Shown: positions 1-10,028 of the stretch, in pieces | Layout of the letters: the number at the start of each line of letters is the position of its first letter | Numbering within the stretch: the first letter of the stretch is position 1 | Source of the DNA: Phenylobacterium sp. | GTDB taxonomy: Bacteria > Pseudomonadota > Alphaproteobacteria > Caulobacterales > Caulobacteraceae | NCBI RefSeq assembly: GCF_019636135.1 | Contig: NZ_JAHBYD010000021.1 | Span: 12,166 to 76,165 of the forward strand | Direction: 5' to 3' | DNA length: 64,000 nucleotides | Made by a program: the position numbers and the translations under genes | The notes under the pieces: model-generated | The model's input: only the letters and a program-made list of their open reading frames with translations | Databases searched by the model: none | What the model was told of the DNA's origin: nothing

Positions 1-155
1 TGATGTACCTCGAACTCGGCACCATGGTGTTCGACCCCTACATCAAGCGCGTGCTGGGCCGTTCGGGCTACGACCGCGAGCTGTGGCAGCGGCGGCATCG
101 GGCCTACATGACCCTGATCCGGCGCGGCGCCTCGAGCCGGCGTGCGGGCGGCTAG
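1..155 (+). CDS. 3' end of a gene entering the window, possibly a TetR-family regulator C-terminus
   Basis: Frame from nt 3 reads MYLELGTMVFDPYIKRVLGRSGYDRELWQRRHRAYMTLIRRG...* (TAG 153-155) with typical codon usage. The family guess is weak. Confidence 0.45.
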   Translation, partial: MYLELGTMVFDPYIKRVLGRSGYDRELWQRRHRAYMTLIRRGASSRRAGG

Positions 156-196
156 CTTTTTGTTTTGTCGCGCGGTTCCCACTTTTCGGAACGCAT

Positions 197-1777
197 CTAG
201 GCGCCGACCGCCTCCGCCTTCAGCGCCATCTTGTCGACCTTGCCGTTCGGCAGGCGGGGCAACTCCGCGGCCAGGGTGAAGGTCTTCGGGATCTTGTAGT
301 TGGCGATGCGGGTCCGCAGGAACGCGCGCAGGTCGTCGGCCGTGACCTCGGCGCCGGGGGCCAGCTCGACGAAGGCGTGGCCCACTTCCTGGAAGGTCGG
401 GTGCGGGGCGGCGACGACGGCCGCGATCGCCGCGGCGGGGTGCTCGCAGATCGCCTGCTCCACCTCGACCGGATAGACGTTGTAGCCGCCCGACTTGAAC
501 ATCTCCTTCAGGCGGCCGCCGAAGACGACGTTGCCGTCCTCGCGCAGCACGCCCAGGTCGCCGGTCCGCAGGAAGCCGTCCGCCGTGAACGCCGCGGCCG
601 TCGCCTCGGGGTTCCGGAAATAGCCGCTCATCAGATAGGGGCCGCGGACCTGGATCTCGCCAAGCGCGCCGACGGGCGCAGGTGCGTCGGTGGCGGGATC
701 GGCGACGCGCAGTTCAGCGCCGGGCAGGACCTCGCCGATCGTCTCGGACATCACCCTGAGGGTCGCGTCGGCGGCGGTGCGGGTGATGATCCCGCAGGTC
801 TCGGTCTGGCCGTAGACGTTGGCGAGCCGCAGGCCCGGCCGGGCGAACTGCTCGAGCACCGCCTCGGGCGTCACCGCGCCGCCGAACACGATGAGCCGCG
901 TGGCGCCCAGGCGCTCGGCCATGCCCTGCGGTTGCTGCAGCATCATCGCGAAGCCGGTGGGTGAGGAGACGAGGTAGGTCGGTTGCTCCCGCCGGCTGAT
1001 CTCGCCGATCGCCGCCACGTCCACGCGCGGATGGAAGATGATGTGCCCGTTGGCCGCCAGCACGGGCATGCAGAGGTTGTTGATCGCGCCCACGTGGTTC
1101 ACCGGCGCGGCGCAGATCGAGCTGGCCAGCCCGGCGGCGCCCATCCAGGCCAGGTTGGCCCGCGCCGAGGCGGTGATGGTCGCCTGGGACAGCATCGCGC
1201 CCTTCGGCTTGCCGGTGGTGCCCGAGGTGTAGACGATCAGGCCGATGTCCTCGGGCGCGACCGCGGCGCGGGCGCGGGACAGCGCCGCGTCGTCGACGGC
1301 CTCGCCGGACGCCAGGAAGGCCTCCAGCGGCATGGCGCCGGCCGAGGGCGCGCCGTGGCACACCATCCTGAGGCCGGGCGAGATCGCCGCGAGTTCGGCG
1401 CAGTAGTCGCGGCCGTCGAACGGCGACATCACCGCGACCAGGGTCGGCTCGGCGTCGGCCAGGACGTGCTCGAAGTCGCGGGCCTGGTAGCGCGGGTTGA
1501 TCCCCAGCCAAGTGACCCCGATCGACGTGGCCGCGTGGAAGGCGATCCAGAAGTCCACCGAGGGCGCCGTCAGCATGGCGAGGCGGTCGCCGCGCCGCAG
1601 CCCTTGCGCCAGGAGAGCCCTCGCGTAGCGGTCGACCTCGCGGTCCAGTTCGCCGTACGTGAGCCGCCGGCCCGCCTCGGACGTCGCGGGCGCCTGTGGG
1701 TCAGCCGTGACCGCGGCGCGAAACAGCTGCGCCACCAGGCCCGGCCCGTGTCCGTGTTCAACCATACGCTTGTTCAT
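197..1777 (-). CDS. AMP-binding acyl-CoA synthetase (class I adenylate-forming)
   Basis: Motifs YTSGTTGKPKG, YGQTE, TGDLG, GRLKEMFKSGG and LPNGKVDK. True start is probably ATG 1777 or 1765, not 2269. Confidence 0.9.
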   Translation of the reverse strand: MNKRMVEHGHGPGLVAQLFRAAVTADPQAPATSEAGRRLTYGELDREVDRYARALLAQGLRRGDRLAMLTAPSVDFWIAFHAATSIGVTWLGINPRYQARDFEHVLADAEPTLVAVMSPFDGRDYCAELAAISPGLRMVCHGAPSAGAMPLEAFLASGEAVDDAALSRARAAVAPEDIGLIVYTSGTTGKPKGAMLSQATITASARANLAWMGAAGLASSICAAPVNHVGAINNLCMPVLAANGHIIFHPRVDVAAIGEISRREQPTYLVSSPTGFAMMLQQPQGMAERLGATRLIVFGGAVTPEAVLEQFARPGLRLANVYGQTETCGIITRTAADATLRVMSETIGEVLPGAELRVADPATDAPAPVGALGEIQVRGPYLMSGYFRNPEATAAAFTADGFLRTGDLGVLREDGNVVFGGRLKEMFKSGGYNVYPVEVEQAICEHPAAAIAAVVAAPHPTFQEVGHAFVELAPGAEVTADDLRAFLRTRIANYKIPKTFTLAAELPRLPNGKVDKMALKAEAVGA

Positions 1778-1970
1778 CCCCGAGCGCCCAGTGTGCAAAT
1801 TCGACCGCCCCTTAGCAAGGCGATGTCGTCTCAACGATGAAGCTTGCCATGAGACTGTACAAGTGTTTAGTTTGAGACAACAAGGCGAGGCGACGCCGGA
1901 TTCGGTGATCTTTCCTCGTGGAAGGAAGCGCAATCGGCCGGGATGCAGGCCCGAGGGGGAGTCAAAAAAC

Positions 1971-4112
1971 ATGAACATACGTGCAATGCTTCTTGCGACG
2001 TGTGCGGTCAGCCTGGTCGCGCCGGGTGTCGCGTCCGCCGCCGATGACGACGGCACGGTGGCCGAGCTGGTCGTAACCGCGCAGAAGCGCGCGGAGAAGC
2101 TCATCGAGGTGCCGCTGTCGGTGCAGTCGCTGAGCGGCGAGGCGGTCGAGCGCAGCGGCGCGGCGAAGGTCTCGGACCTCACCAAGCTGATCCCCGGCGC
2201 CAGCGTGGTCTCCAGCACCACCCCCGGCTTCGAGACCATCCAGATCCGCGGCGTCAGCAGCGGCACCACCGGCGACGGCCTGGTCGGCTACTACATCGAC
2301 GACACCCCGTTCGGCGTGCCCAACCTCCAGCTCACGCCGCCGGCGCGGCTGCTGGACCTGGAGCGGGTGGAGGTGATCCGCGGGCCGTCCGGGACGCTCT
2401 ACGGCCAGGGGTCGATGGGCGGCACGATCAAGCTGATCACCGCCAAGCCCGATCCGGACAACTTCTCCGGCAAGGCGCAGGCCGAGATCTCGACGACCGA
2501 GGGCGGCGGGACGAACTACAACGCCGACGCCGTGGTCAACATGCCGCTGGTCAAGGGCCAGCTCGCCGCGCGCCTGTCGGCCGGCTACGAGCGCCTCAGC
2601 GGCTATGCCGAAGCGCCCGAGCTGCAGCGGCGCAACGTCAACGACTTCACCGGCAAGAACGCGCGCCTGACCCTGGGCTGGGAGCCGACCGACGACGTCC
2701 AGCTCACCGGCTTCGTCTGGATCATCCGCAACGATCAGGACTTCTCGAACAGCCTGACGCCGAAGAACGCGACCACGTCGGCGCTGGCGCCCACGCCGTT
2801 CAACCTGCCCGGCATCGTCGGCACCGGCGGGCGGCTGGGCTACACCGACGTCGACGCCGACATCTATTCGGCGACCCTGAACTGGTCGACGGGCATCGGC
2901 GACCTGACGGTCAACACGTCGTACGTCGACCACGAGCTCGACTTCATCACCCCGCTGCTGACGATCCTCGTCAACGAGTCGAACTTCCATACGAAGTCGT
3001 ACACGAACGAGGTGCGGCTCTCCTCGAAGGCCGACAGCCCGGTGCGCTGGATCGTGGGCGGCTACACCCGCAACGCCAAGATCCGCTCCGACATCTTCTA
3101 CTACTCGCAGGCCACGCCGACGGCGGCGAAGGCCGGCATCATCAACACGCTGGGCACCATCGACACCGACTCCTACTCGGTCTTCGGGGAGGTCTCGGCG
3201 AAGTTCTTCGGCGGGCTGGTGGAGCCGCTGTTCGGCCTGTCCTATTTCAAGGACGATCGCAGCGTGGACGGCGTCGACCGCGCGACCGGCGCGCCGCGCG
3301 TGGGCCAGCTCAAGTTCGACAGCGTCAACCCGCGCTTCAACCTGAAGATCAAGCCGGCCGGGAACGGCACCGTCTACCTCAACGTCGCCAAGGGCTTCCG
3401 CTCGGGCGCGCTGCAGACGCCGGCCCAGGCCGCCGCCGCCAACGTGACCCTGGGCCTGCCGGCCGGCACGATCCAGACCAGCGTGCAGCCCGACAAGCTC
3501 TGGACCTACGAGCTGGGCACGCGCTGGGAGCTCGCCGACGGCCAGTTGCTGGTCGAGGGCTCGGTCTACCGCACCGACTGGGACAACGTGCTGGTCCAGT
3601 TCGCGACCGCGGCGGTCATCTCGCTCGCCAACGGCGGCGACGCCAAGATCGAGGGCGCCGACTTCGGCCTGGCCTATCGGCCCGCGGGCGTCAGCGGCCT
3701 CACCCTCGCGGCGACCGGCAACATCCAGAACGCGCGCTTCAAGAGCGTGGTCGGCAACCTCTCGGTGGGCACCGCCATCCGCAAGGGCGGCCGCGTCCCG
3801 AACGTGCCGGAGATGAGCTTCACGGTCTCGGCCGACTACAAGCGCGAGCTGTCGGCGTTCGGCGGCCTCACCGGGACGGCCTACCTGGGCTACTCGTTCC
3901 GTGACGACGTCATCGACGCGACGGTGAAGAACCTGAAGGCGGGCGAGCTCAACGACCTCACCGTCCGCCTGGGCGTCCAGAAGGACAACTGGCGCCTCGA
4001 GGGCTTCATGCTGAACGGCCTGGACGACAAGGACCCGGTCGCGCTCGGCTCGACCGCCGTGCAGATCCTCTACCCGCGCCGCTACGGCGTGCAACTGGGC
4101 GTGAGCTTCTAG
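1971..4112 (+). CDS. TonB-dependent receptor
   Basis: Signal peptide MNIRAMLLATCAVSLVAPGVASA, plug motifs VVTAQKR and RVEVIRGPSGTLYG, C-terminal aromatic residue (GVSF). GGGGAG RBS upstream. Confidence 0.93.
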   Translation: MNIRAMLLATCAVSLVAPGVASAADDDGTVAELVVTAQKRAEKLIEVPLSVQSLSGEAVERSGAAKVSDLTKLIPGASVVSSTTPGFETIQIRGVSSGTTGDGLVGYYIDDTPFGVPNLQLTPPARLLDLERVEVIRGPSGTLYGQGSMGGTIKLITAKPDPDNFSGKAQAEISTTEGGGTNYNADAVVNMPLVKGQLAARLSAGYERLSGYAEAPELQRRNVNDFTGKNARLTLGWEPTDDVQLTGFVWIIRNDQDFSNSLTPKNATTSALAPTPFNLPGIVGTGGRLGYTDVDADIYSATLNWSTGIGDLTVNTSYVDHELDFITPLLTILVNESNFHTKSYTNEVRLSSKADSPVRWIVGGYTRNAKIRSDIFYYSQATPTAAKAGIINTLGTIDTDSYSVFGEVSAKFFGGLVEPLFGLSYFKDDRSVDGVDRATGAPRVGQLKFDSVNPRFNLKIKPAGNGTVYLNVAKGFRSGALQTPAQAAAANVTLGLPAGTIQTSVQPDKLWTYELGTRWELADGQLLVEGSVYRTDWDNVLVQFATAAVISLANGGDAKIEGADFGLAYRPAGVSGLTLAATGNIQNARFKSVVGNLSVGTAIRKGGRVPNVPEMSFTVSADYKRELSAFGGLTGTAYLGYSFRDDVIDATVKNLKAGELNDLTVRLGVQKDNWRLEGFMLNGLDDKDPVALGSTAVQILYPRRYGVQLGVSF

Positions 4113-4200
4113 GGCGATTTCCTCCCCGTCCTAGCGTCCTGGCGGTCGCGGCGACCCCCGTCGTCGCGGCCGTCGTCTTCCCGCGCGTCGGAGTGACGAC

Positions 4201-5190
4201 ATGGCCGCCTCGGCCCTGATGAGCATCGCCGAGCAGTCGGCGCACTTCCTGGACCGCCCGCACGAGCGCGCGCCCGGGAGGGCGGTGGACGGCGAGGCCG
4301 CCTGGCTGGGCGCCGACCTGCGCCGCCGTGACGACTGGATCGAACGCGTGTCGCCGGACTTCGTCGAGGCGCTGGAGGGCGCGGTCGCCCGCCTGCTGGC
4401 GTCTGGAAGACCCTGGTCCGCCGTCTCCGAAACCGACGTCGAGCTGCCGGGGCAGGGCGAGACCCTTCAGCGCTGGCGCCGCGCCCTGACCCATGGCCGC
4501 GGCTTCCTGGTCCTGCGCGGCCTCCCGGTGGAGCGCTGGGACCTGGCCACGCAGCACGCGGTCACGGGGGTCCTGGGCCGCCAGTTCGGGCGGCTGGGCC
4601 TGCAGAACCCCAGGGGCGACGTCATCGGCGAGGTGCGCGCGACCGGCGTGGAGAAGGTCGACCCCTTCGCCCGCCTCTACGCCACCGCCGGCGAGTTCCG
4701 CTTCCACTGCGACGCGTCGGATCTCGTGGGCCTGCTCTGCATCCGCCCGGCGGCCGAGGGCGGCGAGAGCCGGCTGGCCAGTTCGGTCAGCGTCTACAAC
4801 ACGCTCCTCGCCACCCGCCCCGACCTGGCCACGCGCCTGTTCGAGCCGCAGCCCTACGACCTGCGCAACGAGCAGGCCGCGGGCGGCGCGCCCTACGGCG
4901 CCTTCGCCCCGTGCGCCTTCGGCGGCGGCGTGCTGCGGACGTTCTACATCTCCGACTACTTCCGCACCGTGGCCCGCCACGGCGTCGAGCCCGACCTCGA
5001 CCTGCTCGACGCCTACGACGCCATCGCCGCGGCGCCGGAGGTCGGGCTGTCGTTCTACCTCCAGCCCGGCGACCTGCAGGTCCTCAACAACCACACCACT
5101 CTGCACGCCCGCAGCGCCTTCCGCGACGCGCCCGGCCGCGAGCGCCTGCTGCTCCGGTTCCTCGTCTCGATGGACCGTACCGCGACGTGA
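4201..5190 (+). CDS. TauD/TfdA-family Fe(II)/2-oxoglutarate dioxygenase
   Basis: HxD (FHCDASD), GGESRL and distal NHTTLHARSAF iron/2OG motifs. Confidence 0.85.
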   Translation: MAASALMSIAEQSAHFLDRPHERAPGRAVDGEAAWLGADLRRRDDWIERVSPDFVEALEGAVARLLASGRPWSAVSETDVELPGQGETLQRWRRALTHGRGFLVLRGLPVERWDLATQHAVTGVLGRQFGRLGLQNPRGDVIGEVRATGVEKVDPFARLYATAGEFRFHCDASDLVGLLCIRPAAEGGESRLASSVSVYNTLLATRPDLATRLFEPQPYDLRNEQAAGGAPYGAFAPCAFGGGVLRTFYISDYFRTVARHGVEPDLDLLDAYDAIAAAPEVGLSFYLQPGDLQVLNNHTTLHARSAFRDAPGRERLLLRFLVSMDRTAT

Positions 5191-7304
5191 CCGCCCAGCC
5201 CCTCGACGGACTGCGGGTGCTGGAACTCGCCGACGGTCCATCGGGCGGCTTCTGCGGCCGCCAGTTCGCCGCGTGGGGCGCCGACGTCGTGATGCTGGAG
5301 CCGCCCGGCGGCGGTCCGCTGCGCCAGGCCGCGCCGCGTTGGACGAAGGGCGGCGCTCGCGGATCGGCGGCGTTCGACATGCTGGCCTGCGGCAAGCGCA
5401 GCGTCCCGCTGTCCGATGCCGCGGCCCTTCTGGCGGCGGCCGACGTCCTGGTGTGCGACGCGCCGGCCGGGGCGCTCGCGGGCCGCCTGGGCCGCGACGC
5501 GGCGGACCTGCGCCGCGCCAATCCCAGCCTCGTCGTCGTGACGCTCAGCGCGTTCGGCGATCCCGACGGCCCGACGGCCGGCATCGCCGAACTCGAGGCC
5601 ATCAGCGGCTACCTCAGCCTGAACGGACCTGCGGCGGGCGTCCCCCTCGCCTCGCCCGCGAACATCATGGCCCACGCCATCGGGGCCAGCGCCTTCGCCG
5701 GCGCCGTGGCGGCGCTGATCGGGCGGGAGCGGACGGGCGCCGGAGACCACGTCGCCGTCTCCGGCCTGGAGACGATCGCGAGCTTCGTCATGTGGTTGCG
5801 TGAGCAGCACCAGGATGCGCCGACCGCGCGCGACGGCGGCACGCCGGAAGGCGCGCGGCTGATCCGCTGCGCCGACGGCCACGTCTCGGTCGCGCCGGCC
5901 GTGGCGCCGCACCTGCCGGTCTACCGCGAGGTGCTGGAGGTCCCGGACTCCGTCGACCTCGAGCGCCTGGCCGAGGGCGGCCGGCTCGAGGCGGCCGACC
6001 GCGTCGCCGCGGCGCTCGCGCCGTACGCCGCGCGGCTCGGCGTCGAGGAGGTGTTCCTGAGCCTGCAGGTGCGCGGCGTCGCCTGCGGCAAGGTGCAGTC
6101 GCTGGCCGAGGTGCTGGACGACCGCCAGCTCGAAGACCGCGCCTTCTTCCGGCCGTTGGCGCATCCCGCGGCCGGGCCGCTGCCGCTCGCCGGCCGGCCC
6201 TCGCTGATGACCGACTCCGCGCCGATCCCACCGACGCCGGCGCCGGCCTCGACAGACGCCGCGAGCCTCGGCTGGACCCCCGTCGCGAGGGCCAGCGCGC
6301 CGGACGGGCGGCCGCCGTTGGCCGGGATGCGGGTCCTGGACCTGACGCAGGCGTGGATCGGCCCGATGGCGGCGGTCGCGCTGGCCGATCTGGGCGCGGA
6401 GGTGATCAAGGTGGAGGGCGTGACGCGCCCGGACATCTGGCGCTTCCTGGGCCAGGCGCCCGGCGAGTCCACGGCGGCTGAGAACCGGAGCTGGTATTTC
6501 AACGGCGCGAACCGGAGCAAGCTGGGGCTGGGGCTCGACCTCAGCCAGCCGGCCGGGGCGGACGTGTTCCGGCGCATGGTGGCTGACGCCGACATCGTGC
6601 TGGAGAACTTCACGCCCAAGGTGATGGCGCGGTTCGGGCTCGACTACGCCCAGCTCGGCGCGGTGCGGCCCGGCCTGATCATGACGTCGTTCAGCGGCTT
6701 CGGCGCCTTCGGGCCGCACGCCGGCTTCAAGGCGAACGGCGCGTCGATCGAGGCGCTGGCCGGATGGGACGCGCTGCACCGCGACGAGGCGGGGCGGCCG
6801 GTGCTGATGGGCGGCTATCCGGCCGACCCGATCTGCGGCCTGCAGATGATCGCCTGCACCCTGGTCGCGCTCTACCGCCGCCTCCGCACGGGCAGGGGCG
6901 CGCACGTCGAGGGCTCGATGCTGGAGGCCGCCGGCGGCTACATCGGCGACGCCCTGCTGGCCGAGGCCCTCGCGCAGGCCGGCGCCACGATCGAGAACGA
7001 TCCGCCGCCCACCGTCCGGTCGACGGGCGCCGGGACGTGGGCGGTCGGCGGCGAGCCCGTCGCCAGCACCTGGGAGGCGCTGTCCGATCCGCGCCTCGCG
7101 AGCTGGTTCGTTCCGCTGACGTCGGCCGGCCTTGGACCGGGACGCCATGCCGGCCGCCTGTGGCGCTTCGCCGACGCCGCCGCGCCGACCGCCACGCCGC
7201 CGCCGCGCCTGGGCGAGCACACGCGCGCCGTGCTGGCCCAATGGCTCACGCCGGACGAGATCGAGCGGCTGATCGCCGACGGCGTGGCCGGGTCGCTGGA
7301 CTGA
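5187..7304 (+). CDS. CaiB/BaiF family III CoA-transferase, two-domain
   Basis: Two repeats of the family III N-terminus (PLDGLRVLELA; PLAGMRVLDLTQAWIGP) and PPRLGEHT. The GTG start overlaps the upstream TGA. Confidence 0.88.
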   Translation: MTAQPLDGLRVLELADGPSGGFCGRQFAAWGADVVMLEPPGGGPLRQAAPRWTKGGARGSAAFDMLACGKRSVPLSDAAALLAAADVLVCDAPAGALAGRLGRDAADLRRANPSLVVVTLSAFGDPDGPTAGIAELEAISGYLSLNGPAAGVPLASPANIMAHAIGASAFAGAVAALIGRERTGAGDHVAVSGLETIASFVMWLREQHQDAPTARDGGTPEGARLIRCADGHVSVAPAVAPHLPVYREVLEVPDSVDLERLAEGGRLEAADRVAAALAPYAARLGVEEVFLSLQVRGVACGKVQSLAEVLDDRQLEDRAFFRPLAHPAAGPLPLAGRPSLMTDSAPIPPTPAPASTDAASLGWTPVARASAPDGRPPLAGMRVLDLTQAWIGPMAAVALADLGAEVIKVEGVTRPDIWRFLGQAPGESTAAENRSWYFNGANRSKLGLGLDLSQPAGADVFRRMVADADIVLENFTPKVMARFGLDYAQLGAVRPGLIMTSFSGFGAFGPHAGFKANGASIEALAGWDALHRDEAGRPVLMGGYPADPICGLQMIACTLVALYRRLRTGRGAHVEGSMLEAAGGYIGDALLAEALAQAGATIENDPPPTVRSTGAGTWAVGGEPVASTWEALSDPRLASWFVPLTSAGLGPGRHAGRLWRFADAAAPTATPPPRLGEHTRAVLAQWLTPDEIERLIADGVAGSLD

Positions 7305-7320
7305 CGGGCTCTCCCCTGAA

Positions 7321-7447
7321 CGTCATCCCGCGACTTGTTCGCGGGACCCATGGACACGGGAGAGGGTGACGATCTGCGGCGGCGACGCCCGTGATCCTCT
7401 ACGGACCGCGGAGTTCATGGGTCCCGCGAACAAGTCGCGGGATGACG
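7321..7447. repeat. CGTC-tagged palindromic (REP/MITE-like) element
   Basis: Perfect 32-bp terminal inverted repeat CGTCATCCCGCGACTTGTTCGCGGGACCCATG (7321-7352 / 7416-7447) between convergent genes. Confidence 0.85.
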
Positions 7448-7474
7448 ATTTAAGGGGAGGGGGCTCTCCGGGCG

Positions 7475-8260
7475 TCAGTTGCCGGTGAAGCTGGGCGGGC
7501 GCTTCTCGAAGAAGGCCGAGACGGCTTCCTTGTAGTCGTCGGTCAGGCTGGAGAGCAGCCACTGGTCGGCGTCCATGTGCATCACCGCGCGGTCCAGCGC
7601 GCCGGCCACGTGGTTGATGCTCTTCTTGATCATCTGCACCGAGTTCGGGGGCAGGGCGGCGTAGACCTCCGCCATCTCGCGCGCGGCCGCGTCGAGGTCG
7701 GCCAGCGGCACGACCTGGTCGAGGAAGCCCCAGCGCTCCAGCGTGGCCGCATCGAACAGCCTGCCGGTCATGATCATCTGCTTGGCGCGGGCCGGGCCCA
7801 CGAGATGCACGCAGATCGGCACGGCGTGCCACATGAGGTTGATGCCCAGCTTCACCTCGCCGTAGCCGACACGGGCGTTGTCGGCGCCGACGCGGAAGTC
7901 GCAGGCCGAGGTGATGCAGCCGCCGGCGCCCGTGGCGATGCCCTGGACGGCGCAGATCGTGGGCTGCGGGATCTCCTGCATCGAGCGCATGAGCTGGGCG
8001 CCGAACTCGGCGCCGCGGCGGCGCATGATCATCGACGCGCCGGCGCGTTGCGACGGTGAGGCCTGGAGATCGGCCCCGACCGAGAAGTCCTTGCCCTCGG
8101 CGCGGAAGATCACGACGCGCGTCTGTTCGTCGTGCAGGAACTCGCGGCTGATCCGCTCCAGGTCCTGCATCATCTCCAGGGTCACGGCGTTGCGGCGCTC
8201 GGCCCGCCTGATGGTCACGGTGGCCACGTGGCCGTCGCGCGTCAGCTCGATGAAAGACAC
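7475..8260 (-). CDS. Enoyl-CoA hydratase/isomerase (crotonase) family
   Basis: RNAVT, FSVGADL, AVQGIATGAG, EVKLG and FFEKRPP crotonase motifs. Confidence 0.9.
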   Translation of the reverse strand: MSFIELTRDGHVATVTIRRAERRNAVTLEMMQDLERISREFLHDEQTRVVIFRAEGKDFSVGADLQASPSQRAGASMIMRRRGAEFGAQLMRSMQEIPQPTICAVQGIATGAGGCITSACDFRVGADNARVGYGEVKLGINLMWHAVPICVHLVGPARAKQMIMTGRLFDAATLERWGFLDQVVPLADLDAAAREMAEVYAALPPNSVQMIKKSINHVAGALDRAVMHMDADQWLLSSLTDDYKEAVSAFFEKRPPSFTGN

Positions 8261-8349
8261 TCGTCCCCTCCGTCTCGTTGTCTGCGAAGAGTAGACGCCG
8301 GGCGCGGACTGAGCAATTGTTTAGTCGACCTTGCGGAGGTATTTCGGCG

Positions 8350-9210
8350 ATGCGAAGGCTCACGGCGGACGATCGGGCGCGGTACGAACGTGAAGGCTAC
8401 CTCTGTCTTCCGGCCTGGCTGGACGATGGGTGGCTCGACCGTCTGACCGCGGTCATGGACCGCTTCGTCGAGCGCAGCCGCGGCCTCGCCGCGAACACGC
8501 TGGACATCTTGCTGGGGCCCGGCCACAGCGCCCAGCAGCCGATGCTGCGGCGCATCCCGCAGACGGTCGCGTTCGATCCGGTGTTCGAGGACTTCGGCCT
8601 GCGTGGCCCGGTCGTCGACCTGGCCGAGGACCTGCTGGGCGCCGACGTCCGCTTCCATCACTCGAAGCTGAACTTCAAGTCGGGCGGCGGCGGCGAGGAG
8701 ATCCGCTGGCACCAGGACATCCCGTTCTGGCCGCACTCGAACTACGGGCCGCTGACGATCGGCGTCTACCTCTGCGACGTGGACGAGGCGATGGCGCCGA
8801 TGGGCGTCTACGCGGGCAGCCATCGCGGCCCGATCCACACCCTGCGCGACGAGGCCGGCGCGTGGACGGGGGCGCTCAGCGACATCGAGGCCGAGCGGCT
8901 CGACCCCGCCGACCTGCGCTGGCTGTCCGGCCCTCGGGGCACGGTGACGATCCACAACTGCCGGATCGTGCATGGCTCGCGGGCGAACACCTCGCCACGC
9001 ATGCGGCCGCTGCTGCTGCACACCTACGCGCCGTGCGACGCGCTGCCGCTGACGCGGATCATGGACCCGGTGAAGCTGGCCAACGTGATCGTCCGCGGCG
9101 GGCCGCCGGCCTGCGCGCGGTTCGATGCCGAACCGTGCCCGATGCCGCCCGACTGGGGCGCGGGCGAGTACAGCTCCATCTTCTCGGTGCAGCAGGAGAA
9201 GTTGGGATAA
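8350..9210 (+). CDS. Phytanoyl-CoA dioxygenase (PhyH) family 2OG oxygenase
   Basis: HHSKLNFK, WHQD (HxD), GSHRGP and VHGS..N.S..R motifs. ATG at 8350. Confidence 0.88.
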   Translation: MRRLTADDRARYEREGYLCLPAWLDDGWLDRLTAVMDRFVERSRGLAANTLDILLGPGHSAQQPMLRRIPQTVAFDPVFEDFGLRGPVVDLAEDLLGADVRFHHSKLNFKSGGGGEEIRWHQDIPFWPHSNYGPLTIGVYLCDVDEAMAPMGVYAGSHRGPIHTLRDEAGAWTGALSDIEAERLDPADLRWLSGPRGTVTIHNCRIVHGSRANTSPRMRPLLLHTYAPCDALPLTRIMDPVKLANVIVRGGPPACARFDAEPCPMPPDWGAGEYSSIFSVQQEKLG

Positions 9211-9227
9211 CGCGCTGCTCCGAAGGA

Positions 9228-9353
9228 CGTCATGGCCGGGCCTGTCCCGGCCATCCAGACACGCAGACGTGCGGAAGCGGCCCGCGGCGGGCGCCGCTGC
9301 GAGCTTGGTCGGATCGGTGTTCATGGGTGGCCGGCACAAGGCCGGCCATGACG
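9228..9353. repeat. CGTC-tagged palindromic element (CGTCATGGCCGG subtype)
   Basis: Imperfect ~30-bp inverted arms at 9228-9257 and 9324-9353, between convergent genes. Confidence 0.8.
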
Positions 9354-9388
9354 TTCTTTGGAGGGAGGTGCGCGTGAGAGGCCGGCCG

Positions 9389-9901
9389 TCAGGAGGTGTC
9401 GGCGATACGCAGGGGCGCTGAGCCGGCGAGGAGGGCGGCGCGGGCGGTGGGCTTGCGCTCGGGGTCGAGGACCGCGAGGCCCTTGGCGTAGCTCTTGCGG
9501 ATCTTGCGGACGGCGGTTTCGACCGCGGTCTGGATGATGGCGTCGTCGTGGGCCGGGTCGCCGGTGAGGCGGAGCGGGGTTTCCCAGTCGGGGCGCTCGT
9601 ATTCGTTCCAGTCGCAGCGTTCGACGGGGTCGCCGCGCTCTTCGCATTCTTCGGGCTCGGCGTCCGGGTCGGCTTCGGCCTTGGGCGGGCGTTGAACCTC
9701 GAAGCTGCCGCTGGCGATGCGCAGGCGCAGCGCGATCGACTGGCGCACGCTGCGCGCCACGTCGCAGTGGGCGTCGGCGAGGGCGATCAGGGTCGCGGTG
9801 TCCGGGTCGGCTTCGACGGCGGCGGCGATCCGGCGCACGAGGTCCATGCCGAGCTCGGCGAGCTCGTGCAATTGGGTCGATGCGGCGTCGCGCGTGGACA
9901 T
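9389..9901 (-). CDS. Hypothetical helical protein with acidic linker, putatively LexA-regulated
   Basis: 170-aa ORF MSTRDAASTQLHELAELGMDLVRR... with typical codon usage. An SOS box abuts the ATG. Confidence 0.65.
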   Translation of the reverse strand: MSTRDAASTQLHELAELGMDLVRRIAAAVEADPDTATLIALADAHCDVARSVRQSIALRLRIASGSFEVQRPPKAEADPDAEPEECEERGDPVERCDWNEYERPDWETPLRLTGDPAHDDAIIQTAVETAVRKIRKSYAKGLAVLDPERKPTARAALLAGSAPLRIADTS

Positions 9902-9916
9902 GAACAAAGGGAGAAC
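9902..9916 (-). promoter_or_regulatory. Alphaproteobacterial LexA (SOS) box GTTC-N7-GTTC
   Basis: The minus strand reads GTTCTCCCTTTGTTC immediately followed by ATG (9901). Confidence 0.7.
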
Positions 9917-9970
9917 ATGGAAATTGGTGCGCGTCAAGCTTCCGTGCGCCGGGGCCGCTCATCCCACGGC

Positions 9971-10028
9971 TGTCATCCCGGTTTTGGCGAAGCCAAAGAC
10001 CGGGACCCAACGTGCCGCAAGCTGGGTC
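9971..10028. repeat. Truncated CGTC-like palindromic element (left half only)
   Basis: TGTCATCCCGG...ACCGGGACCCA...TGGGTC runs directly into the IS left end. No right arm follows the IS. Confidence 0.55.

Noticed and set aside
1811-8330. CTTAG/TTTAG half-sites near 1811 and 8320 as extra operator copies
   Set aside because: No CTAAGT-like arm at the 4-bp spacing.
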